64,000 bases of DNA from Euprymna scolopes (Eukaryota), in NCBI GenBank assembly GCA_053919585.1, contig CM132817.1. One strand, written 5' to 3'. Below are positions 53,780 through 64,000 of this stretch, piece after piece. Made by a program: the position numbers and the translations under genes. Under the pieces are notes generated by a model. That model had not been told where the DNA came from and did no database searches. It worked only from the letters and a program-made list of their open reading frames with translations. How positions within the stretch are numbered: the first letter of the stretch is position 1; every line of letters starts with the position of its first letter.

Positions 53780-54645
53780 ATGGGTGCCCGGCGTTGCCCA
53801 GGTGTTTAGAGGTGCGTGTTGAGCAAAAAAAAAAAAAAAAAGGTGGTAGTAGGAAGGCAGGCTCGAACCCGTACCGCGAAGGAGGAAAAGAATAATAAAA
53901 AAAAAACGTGACATCTTTGCTGTTATGACCACCGTCAAATCAGAAGTGATGTAGGCTTAAATTAAGGCTAGACAATCGAAAAGAGGGGATGACTTTCGAA
54001 AATATCAGCGAAAAAAGCGACCCCTCCTCGTAGAAAAGTGCCCTGTTGAGGGTGAAAAAATTAATGTTTTCGGTATTTGTTGTCTGAAGGGCTGAGCTTC
54101 AAAACAATACTGATCTTGTGAAAATTTGTCGGCTGTCGAAAATTTTAGGCAGACATGCAAACATACATGCATACATTTATATATTAATAGCTCGACTTTT
54201 CGACCGAAACCGGTTAAAATGCTTGCCCTATCTCTATGTAAGATTTCAAATGTTTAGACCAGAAATTGTTTTTAGTAATTTGGTAGAGACTGCAGAGGTC
54301 AAATTTTTTTTTTTTTTTTTTTTAACTTTGATTCCTATTATGACCCCTTAAAATTTATTGTTTTGGGTTCAAATCAAGTTATTAAGTTAGATCCATGTCC
54401 AAGGAACCTATATCTAAAATTTCAAGTGTTTAGACCCAAAATTGGCAGAGGAGTTTGATAGAGTTATCAAAGGTCAAATCGTTGAACTTTGATCCCTTAA
54501 CAGCCAAATTTCTGGCCGAAAACCCATTACAAAGATTTTCTCAAATCTCCATACTCTGTATATCAAATTTCGAGTCTGTAGACGGAAAATTAACAGTTAT
54601 TTTGTCGGGAAATATACACAGATACTTTCAGATATATAGATAGAT
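53780..54645 (-). mobile_element. Helitron family A copy
   Basis: Reverse complement of 62366-63238 over about 860 bp; terminal CTAG missing. Confidence 0.8.
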
Positions 54646-55046
54646 AAACCATCCTTGATGTATGATTACCATTCCCTGTTAATTTCAGTCTTATGTGACT
54701 AGTAGTTTAAGAGTTTAATGGTTAAATATTTTCACACAGACAGATACACACTCACGTTTTATTGATATAGATTGACAGTTTTAGAAGCTATTTACATTCA
54801 ATATTAGAGATTAAAACATTACCTGAACAAAATCATAGTTTTATAGAAATTTGGTTTAATAATTTAATGACCAAATGAATGTAACTTAATTTAACTTTAA
54901 AAATCCTATTTAGCAAATTAAAAATACTTTAAAATTTTTTGAGACAAAAATGTACAAACCTATATAGGTATACCTAGTTATAAAACAAACGAAACTTTAA
55001 TATTAGTTGAACAATTGTCAATTCTTTTTTGTTCAGTACATAATTA

Positions 55047-55246
55047 CAGTAGAACCCAGGATACAGTGGCTGTAAGATACGTTTTTTTCAGGTTACGATG
55101 TGGAATACAATGTTTTTCCGGCTCCTGGTTATGGTATTTGCTCCACCTTATGGTGTTATTTATGTTATTTGATTATATACATGTGTATTATATATTGTAC
55201 TGTATTTTGTACATAATTTTTAATGCCGTATCCAAGGGTTTTACGG
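55047..55246. mobile_element. Tigger/pogo-like MITE, copy 2
   Basis: TA|CAGTAGAACCC...GGGTTTTACGG|TA. Confidence 0.7.
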
Positions 55247-55254
55247 TACTGCTA

Positions 55255-55892
55255 TATATATGGAAAGATGGTGGGATCCTTCTACCGCTTCAGTAGATAT
55301 CTCACTGCTGATGCAATTCTCTATATAGAAGCCAAGTACGTCCAAGGATGGAGTACTATCCTGCCTTGACAGAGTACAAAATACTTTGTAGCCTAGTGTG
55401 GGATGCCCTTTTCTCTTCCCTGCAACCTCTCTCCCACAGAAGGGACGTTGCAAGCCTGTTGTTTTATCGTTATTTCCATGGGAAGTACTCATCTGAGCTC
55501 AAATCTCTGATCCCCCCCTCGCAAATCTTTCACAAAAGACACCCGTCTAGCTGAAACCACTGTCAGTAATTTTTCCCACTCTTTATCTGTGCCTAAATCA
55601 AAACGTAGATTCCATGAACAAGGCTTTGTTCTTAGAAGTGCACACCTGTGGAACTCTTCCGTTTGCCTGTTTCCCACCTGACTACAACTTGGAGGTCTTC
55701 AAGTCCAACATGAACAAATTCCTGATGAACCGCCCCCTTAAGTAAGACACTTTATCAGATCGCCATTACTAGCGATTACTACGATATTATCCCATTGATG
55801 ACTGTACATGCAATAACCCTTATCCCCGAGTAGCCTTCAGGCCTTGATAAGTGGTGACTTCTTTGTTAAAAAAAAAAATAAATAAATAAAAT
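55255..55892 (+). mobile_element. 3' end of a CR1/Jockey-group LINE with A-rich tail
   Basis: LQPLSHRRDVASLLFYRYFHG..SSEL and LWNS, typical of the ORF2 C-terminus; A/AAAT tail at about 55868-55892. Confidence 0.7.
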
Positions 55893-55927
55893 ATCTTAAA
55901 AGTGATGTTATTTTATGAAACAGACCC

Positions 55928-56003
55928 CTGGCTAATGCTGTTTCAGAATATATCTTCATAGTGTGGACACTATGAAGATATATTCTGAAACTGCATTAGC
56001 CAG
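55928..56003. repeat. Near-perfect 76-bp palindrome (37-bp arms, one mismatch, 2-nt spacer)
   Basis: CTGGCTAATGCTGTTTCAGAATATATCTTCATAGTGT-GG-ACACTATGAAGATATATTCTGAAACTGCATTAGCCAG. Confidence 0.95.
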
Positions 56004-57908
56004 AATACTTGGACGAATATATTTCATTTTGATAAAAAAATGATAGTCAACTTTATAACTTGAATACAGAACTAGAACCTTCTTTCCCATCCTAACCATA
56101 TAAATTGTGAAACTACATTATCTCCTGTAATTTGATAAGCTTGTCATTTTGATCAAAATGAGAACAAGAATATTGTTGCTGCTGGACATCCACAAGAGGA
56201 AAAAATATATTTTTTGTGTGGAGATAAAACTAGCCAGGACAATTTTCAAAAAGGTATCACAGAGTAAATTTAATCAAATTTATGTAAATAAATCTGAGAA
56301 AAAGTTTGTGTAGAATTGAGGATGTCAGCATAAAAATTATGCGAATCAATATTTATTCAAAATCTTGATGTAAAATTTCATGGCAACACCTTTCATTATT
56401 TTTATTATTGGAACCTTTTTATTATTTGGAAAAACTTTGCATCTTATGAAAGTCCTAAATTTTATGACATTGTTATACTTAAGGACATCATAAAAAAAAA
56501 GAAAAAAAAGAACAAAATTAAACTTAGCAACTTTTTTTTTTTTTTTTTTTTTCTTAATTCAAAATTGTTTCTCCATGGTTGGTCTATGTATAAGCCAAAT
56601 TTCATTGCCATAGCAGAGATGGTTTAGAAGTCGCATCTCATCCCCTGGCTTACAGAATCCCAAAAGAGAGAGTCTAATAAGATTAAGGCAAATCGACTAA
56701 CAAGGAATAGTACTAGAGTTCAAAATTTCAAAAATTCCATTATTGAACAGAAAGGAAATTAAGAAAATAGATACAAGCCAGGTAGATGCAGAACAAGATG
56801 TATTTCATTAATAAAAAACAGGATTTGGAACTCTCTAATGAAAGTGGAATAATCCAAATCCATTGTATTTTTACCGTTCTTTCTCCTATTGCTGTAATTA
56901 ACCAAACTAATAAGCCGATTTTGAATGCTGTTGACACTGAAACACAAAAAGGTATTCACTTTTGATTTCAAATGACCACCACACAAAAATGATGCATACA
57001 AGTATTTCCGTTGTTTCACACCATACCATCCTTTTATTTAATTTAGAAACACAATATTAGAAAAGGGCCATGGAAAACTAAAAAATTTTTTTAATTTATC
57101 TTTATATATCTACCCCACTCCGTCTCTAGCTTATTTTGTTCCTGGTAAGTCAAAATGAATGAATACAACAACAAAAGATCTGTATTCTGCCCAAGCAATG
57201 CTGAAAAAATATATCAGCTTTATCAGCATGTCTTGTGTAGTTTCTAACTTTTACTTGGACACACAATGTTTTATTTTTCTTCATACATTTTTATCCTATA
57301 CAATTTTATATGCTAACATCACAATAGTTCTTAAGAGTAAGGTTTTAATATTATTTATGTTTGAAAATCAAATAAGAGACATGTCATATTTAACACTAAA
57401 GTGTTAAGCCAAATAACGCAATTTTTTTTTTTTTAACTTTTATAAAATAAACGAATGGTTTTTCACGCTGGTTTTTTTTTTTTTTTTTTTTACCTTTATA
57501 AAATAAACAAAGTGTTGTTATTTGGCTGTTAAATGTAACACGTCTCTTATTTGATTTTCAAATTTCACTCAACGCCTTTAATGGATAAACCTACCCAGAC
57601 TTTATTTATATTTTAATTTATATATTAGTGAAATAGTAACTTGATTGTATCTAAAGTTTTGTAATTGGGGATGTTCTTTTTTTAATTTCCGAAACATCTA
57701 CATGATAAACAGCTGATGATTCCCATATCATTTAAACATTTAAATTAAGTTCTTTCTTTATATACACTGTTATATAGTTGAATGCCCTTTTATAATTGTT
57801 TTCTAGCAATAAGTTGGCTTACACAAGTACTAATTCCGTGATATGTTGAACCTAGTTAGTATATCTAGGAATTTAAGCGGAATCGTTTTATTTTATAAGA
57901 TACTGAAA

Positions 57909-57939
<31 letters not shown>

Positions 57940-58037
57940 CGTATATTAAAAATTTACAAGTAAAAAAGCAAAAACACGAAAAAGCACATTTAAGTTAGTC
58001 TGTTAATATTACTTAACTATCAAAAGTGTATGGTTAC

Positions 58038-58206
58038 TAGGGCTGTGACAACAGCATATTCGTTTCATTGTTTTGACTCTGGTGTATATAGCCGTTAATA
58101 TACTATGTTTTTATATACGTGGTTCTCGGTTGATTAAGTGTGTCTGTGTCGGATATATACCTGAGAGTCAAAAGAATGAAAAGAATATTCTGTTGTCACG
58201 GCCCTT
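58038..58206. mobile_element. hAT-type MITE, copy 3
   Basis: TAGGGCTGTGACAACAG...CTGTTGTCACGGCCCT, homologous to 6654-6822. Confidence 0.75.
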
Positions 58207-58250
58207 ATGATCAAATTCAGTAAAAGCCAGACAGCAAATATGAGCTTATG

Positions 58251-58291
<41 letters not shown>

Positions 58292-58649
58292 AATATGTGC
58301 CCCCCGCCTCCACTGTTGCTCTCCAAAATGCTTTTGAATACTAACCAACTGTTTGTCGCTTTTTCTACCGATTGACATGTGTATCATTTGTGTAATAAGA
58401 CCACGACCAACTAACAGAAAATTAATGCGTAACAGTTTAAACAAGGATCGGCCACTAAGTGTAAAATATTTGACAAAGAAAAGACAAACAAAAAAATTAG
58501 GACTTTTAACCGCATGAATGAGTATAACTGTCCAGGCTAAATAGATGAGCATAGAAAAAAGTCTAGGATTTAAAGAATGACTTTGAAGCAACATGAATGC
58601 TGAAAGAAATTTGTAGTAGAGGCAATTGGTCTAATAAGAACAAAAATGA

Positions 58650-59413
58650 ACAAGCTGTGCGTGCGTGGTCCCTGCATGTAAGATAACGCCACAAAAAAAT
58701 AATGAATGTGAGAAGCTTTGGAGCTCCTAGGAATGCTGAATCCCAGTGAAAACGGACAAACGATGCAGTTTCACGCCTTAAGACATGTATATCTGAATTC
58801 AGCACCATGGAAAACTACTATATAGGTATACATATCAAGTTCTTGAGTAATATGAAAAAACGAGCTCCAAAAAGCATGTTTTTTTTTAGTCCTAAAAGTC
58901 CCAGAGCCCCTGGGGATGCTGAATCCCTGGGTAAATGGATAACGGTGCAGTTTTAGGCCCTAACACATGCATTTTGAGTGGACCAGCATGAAAAACCACT
59001 ACATAGTCAGACATATCAAATTTTCGTTGAGAAATATGAAAAAAAGAGCCACAAAAAGAGGCATTTTTAGCACTCCAAGTCCCCGGGGTCACGAACCAGA
59101 ATTTTGCCAGGGTCACCCATACTGGATTTATATTAAGAACAATGGGCTCGACATTTTGGCCAAGTTTCAAAAATATCTAATGGATGGATCAAAAGTTAGG
59201 AGACAAAATGTGTCATGTTTTATCTCTCTTGAGCCCCTGGAGGCACAACAGGAATTTTTGTAAAAATATTTTTTACTGTTCGCATCTATTTAATGAAATA
59301 CAATCTGTGGCAAAATTTCAGGAAAAACTAATGGACGGTTATCTGACAATAGTCCGGACAAACGGATGCCACTGAAAACATAGGTCCCTCTCCGATAAAT
59401 CAGGAAACCAATA
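58650..59413 (+). mobile_element. Helentron/DINE-like dispersed repeat, copy 1
   Basis: Highly similar to 61557-62300; subterminal ACGGA-type microrepeat and terminal stem-loop. Superfamily is inferred. Confidence 0.55.
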
Positions 59414-61287
59414 AGCACCTAGACAAAATTCCTTAAGGATCAAGCTACAACAAAGTTAAAATAGTTGTAAAAGAGACATCAAAACAGCCTCCCACCCCAT
59501 GCCAATGAAATTTTGTCTCTAATAAAACGTTTTTTGTAAATTTTTTTATTTTACATAGATTATATATTTAGTTAACAAACGTAGTGACAAGAATGACCGT
59601 ATACACCCCCCTCCCCATTTTGATTAGCCTTGTGTCTAATTTTGTTTTTTAAACATTTTTTTCTCAGAAGAAATATAAATAAAAACAGCCCTCGAAAAGA
59701 AATGTAGCTCATAAAGAAATTATGTGTTAGCCCTAAAAGGGTCCCTTTATGATCCAATAACTACCAGAGTTAAAATAGGGGAGAATAAAAAGATTAAATA
59801 ACAATGGAAGGGATAGCGTGATAGGAAACAGGGGCAAAGTAATAGACAATAGATTCAAGGTCAGATCAAAGTGTAGTATCTGTTTAGTCTGCGGAGACAC
59901 TCCTCTCGGGCTTACCTTTTAATTTTAGAAGGAAGGGATGCTTTATGGTCTGAGGTATCTTCCTTCATTAGGGAGCGCCGCTGGAGTTCAATCTAGAGTG
60001 TTCCCTTTTTTGACACAATGGATTTTCCACCACATTGAAAACTTACCTTGTGTCTAACTTGTTCTTGTGAGCAGGCAAGTAAATAGAGAGACTATAGAGA
60101 GTTATTGTGTAATTCCTTATAGAACAGTAAAGTATGCGAGTGATTTTAGCTGAATTTTTACATAGCAACTTGTATCTCTACAAGAGATTTTGTCGATCTG
60201 CTGGTCACAATTTAAACATTCCCATTGAACGGATACATCTTAATACAGTCTCCTTTATTTTTACTTTTTTGAATGCAAAGTAAATCACTCACATTCTGTC
60301 TAGAGAAAGGTATGAATCCCCCCCCCATTTCCAAACTAACCTATATCTGGCCAGGTTTTTATTTATCCCTCAAATCCATCCTTATCATTTTATCCTATGT
60401 TTTCCTTGGCCTTCTCTTGTAAATTAGCTCTGCTATCCAAGGACTCATCCATTCTTTCAAGGTGACAAAACCAACAAAATCCGTTTTATATACATCTATA
60501 CTGTCCAAATTTTTAGTGTACATAATACCCATCTTAGGAAGGGTTAATTCCACTTTTAACCAGAGATAGGAGGCTCCACTCAAAATAACCAGACACTTGC
60601 TATCATCTGATGATATTTACAAAATCGGGTATTGCTTAAAAGAACTAGTGAAACTATGAAAATTCCATGTTACTTTCTACATGAATTTGTATAATTTACT
60701 ATTATTAATAATATTCCTTTTGAAATAAACATGTTAGGGTCAATATTATTAACAAGAAAGGACTTTTCTTCGATAAAATAAAAAAAATATATATATTTTT
60801 TTAAATAAAAGAAAACAATATTCTGTGTTTTTAGAGTAAACTAATTGTCAAAAAGTTACATTTTTAAATGCATTTATTTAAAATTGTATCAGGGATAAAG
60901 TTGGAATTGTTTATCATAGCAACGTCTGATCAACCACCAATCACCATCTTTGCTGATCAAACAATCTCTCTCCCTCATTTTTATTTTTTTAAATGCATGT
61001 GAAAACGTTTGTATGAATAGGAAATGCCTTAACATATTGGACTTACTTAGGAAGTCTTCCATCCTACAATACATGAAGTGATCCATCGCTTTTGGTCTGA
61101 AGTTAGATCTATGTACTCCCAGTTTCTTTCTGCTGAAAGTATTAGTGTATGTAGATAATGATAGTGAAGCTACCCAATATTTTGAGGATACTTTACTTTT
61201 TGTTGTGTAGATAACATTCTTAATAAAAGATAGCATCTACAAGCAGATTTTAAGATAATATGAGTCAAAAATATTTTTCCTTGTGCA

Positions 61288-61325
<38 letters not shown>

Positions 61326-61556
61326 AGCATTTTTTTTAAAAAGTAAATCAAGATAAACATGTATGCATGCTTTTGTAACTGCTGTAGATGGTAACGTTTT
61401 ATGCCAACTGATACTGGTGATCCAAAAGTGTCAACTACAGAGAGAATTATCAAGTTGGATAGAATAAGTAATCAATGAAATTGATTGGAATTTCAATTTA
61501 TTTTGGCAAAGAACCAATAGTGATAATGTTTCAAAAGGACTGAATAATCAGAATCA

Positions 61557-62300
61557 AATAAGTCACACATGAGTGAACACCCACTGGTGCTGCATGTGAG
61601 ATGACACCACAAAAAAATAGTGAAGAAATGATGAATGTGAGAAATGTGAAGGGCCAACATTGCCTTCACATTTTTGCCAAGTTTCAGAAAAATCTAATAA
61701 ATGAGGCAAAAGTTATGGGGTAAAAAGTGTCATTTTGGGGGGAATTTTGGGGCATTTGTAACCCCTTTGGAGCTCCTGGAATGCCAAATCCCAGTGAAAA
61801 TGAACAAACGATGCAGTTTCACACCTTAAGACATGTATATGTGAATTCAGCGCCATGGAAAACTACTATATAGACACACAAAGTTCTTGAGTAATATGAA
61901 AAAAAAAAAAAAAGGTTAAAAAAAGGCATGTTTTTTAGCCCTAAAAGTCCCAGAGGGATGCAAACCAGAATTTTGCCAGGTTTACCCATACTGAATTTAT
62001 GTTAAGAACAATGGCCTCCACATTTTAGCCAAGTTTCAAAAAAATCTAATAGATGGATCACAAGTTATGGGGCAAAATGTGTCATTTTTGACCATTTTTG
62101 ACCTCTTAAACCCCTGGGGGCACAACGGGAATTTTTGTAAGAAAATATTTTCACTGTGCACATCTATTTAATGAAATACAATTTGTGGCAAAATTTCAGG
62201 AAAAACTAATGGTCAGTTATCTGGCAATAGTCCAGACTAACGGATGCACGGACGTCACTGAAAACATAGGTCCCTCTCCAATAAATCGGGGGACCAATAT
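61557..62300 (+). mobile_element. Helentron/DINE-like dispersed repeat, copy 2 (related fragment at about 45725-46225)
   Basis: Ends ACGGATGCACGGACG...GGTCCCTCTCCAATAAATCGGGGGACCAAT. Confidence 0.55.
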
Positions 62301-62365
62301 CGCTTTGGCAGATTTTTGCTATTTAGGTTTAAATTTGAAAAATTCAAATGATTTAACTTTATATA

Positions 62366-63238
62366 TCTATATATCTATAAAAGTGAAAGTGTGTGTGTGT
62401 GTGTGTGTGTGTGTATCTGTGTACATTTCCCTACACAATAACTGTCAATTTTCAGTCTACAGACTCGAAATTTGATATACAGGGTAGTGAAATTTGGGAA
62501 AAATCTTTGTAATCCGTTTTCAGCCAGAAATTTGTCTGTTAAGGGGTCAAAGTTCAACCATTTGACCTTTGAGAACTCTATCAAACTCCTCTGCCAATTT
62601 TGGGTCTAAACACTTGAAATTTTAGATATAAGTTCCTTGACTTAACTTGATTTGAGCCCAAAATAATAAATGTTAAGGTCATAATAGGGGTCAAAGTTAA
62701 AAAAATTTGACCTCTGCAGTCTCTACCAAATTACTAAAGACAATTTCTGGTGTAAACATTTGAAATCTTACATAAAGAGATAGGGCAAACTTTTTAATCA
62801 GTTTGGATTGAAAATTTGAGCTACCAATATATAAATGTATGTATGTATGTATGTTTGCATGTCTGCCTAAAACTTTCGACAGAGGCGACAAATTTTCACA
62901 AGATCAGTATTGCTTTGAAGCTCAACCCTTCAGATGACAAATACCGAAAAATTGGCTGAAACAATTTCTTCATCCTGAACTGGACACTTTTCTACAGGGA
63001 GGGGGTCGCTTTTTTCACCGATATTTTCGAAAGTCTTTTTGATTGTCTAGTCTTAATTTAAATCTACGTCACTTTCGGTTTGGCGGTCATCATAACAGCA
63101 AAGAGGTCACTTTTTTCTTGTTCTTTTCCTCCTTTGCAGTACAGGTTTGAGCCTGCCTTCCTACTACCAATTTTTTTTTTTTTTTTTTGCTCAACACACG
63201 CCTCCAAACACCCGGGCAACGCCGGGCACCCATGCTAG
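62366..63238 (+). mobile_element. Non-autonomous Helitron family A, most complete copy
   Basis: A|TCTATATATCTATAAAAGTGAAAG 5' end, GC hairpin CCCGG-GCAACG-CCGGG, then CTAG|T; inserted between A and T with no TSD. Confidence 0.85.
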
Positions 63239-63299
63239 TTAGATAATGAAATCATTTTCGACAGTGCGCACCTATGCACTACAACTTATCATAATATAG

Positions 63300-63650
63300 T
63301 TTTGATAAATTTTGAGATGTATAAACCTTGCAGTATCTCAGCAGCCAGCAACTGATGCAGGAAGTTTATTCCATGCTTTAGTAATTCAGAGCATAAAAAC
63401 AATCTTTCCGAAAATTATAGAAACTGTTCTATTTTCGAACTTGATAAGCATCTTTACATGTTAAAAACATGGGTAAAAAGGTGCTTCTTCAGATTGCTAT
63501 TGGTAAGATGGTTATTAGTTTTCTAAGTGTTTATTTACCAAGTCAGTTGCTAGATGATGTCTGAGCGTAAATAAATCCAAGTTGAAGCAAGGCATTTAGA
63601 GTATGACAGGTGTCTTTGATAATTCACGATTTTTAGACTTGCACACACAA
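63300..63650 (-). mobile_element. Decayed CR1-like LINE 3' fragment
   Basis: Minus-strand translation includes ITKAWNKLPASV. Confidence 0.5.
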
Positions 63651-64000
63651 GTTTACTTTATATAATAGAAAAGCTATACCTAAACAAAGAATGGCTGACT
63701 GGTTTACAAAAAAACTGAAAAATAAGTTTTCTTGCATCAATATTGTAAGCAAATTATATTTTTAGATATTTATTTCTGCAGTAGTTAGGGGAAATAACTC
63801 ATTTTGTAGAAGTTAAGAAATAAATCGATAAAACTATTTCTCTTTCAATGTTTAATAGTCAGTAAGCAAAGGAAAACATTCACTCTAAACGGTTTTAAGT
63901 TAGAAGTATTTTCTAGCCAGAATAAGTATTTTCAGCAAGAAACTGATGCAAAATAAAATAATAACATAATTAAAAGAAGAAACAACAAAAAGGTTGGTTT

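Overview
AT-rich, repeat-dense animal (invertebrate-like) genomic DNA, not a prokaryotic locus. The window lies inside one minus-strand gene, STT3B (catalytic subunit of the oligosaccharyltransferase complex). I could assemble 11 internal coding exons (48351 down to 563, 1392 nt in total) with canonical GT-AG sites and compatible phases. The first coding exon (ending ...HEFDPW) was not found and is presumably beyond 64000. The WWDYG-containing 3' exons lie before position 1. The introns hold a near full-length decayed RTE/BovB-type LINE, other LINE and Penelope fragments, a deleted Tc1/mariner element, hAT and Tigger-like MITEs, many non-autonomous Helitron/Helentron-like elements and tRNA-headed SINEs. 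The main oddities are: (i) the exon encoding the catalytic SYDNE motif sits between two unrelated tandem arrays that both have a 27-bp period, one of 110 identical 3'-splice-site-like units and one of 26 perfect 16-bp palindromes; (ii) a SINE-like family carrying a decayed Penelope-type hammerhead-ribozyme module; (iii) a TIR element with a 7-bp TSD nested in a Helitron and itself containing a large fold-back; (iv) several long hairpins in the pre-mRNA. The long ORFs in the supplied track are repeat artefacts. I found no convincing novel protein-coding system. Family names come from motif recognition, not database searches.
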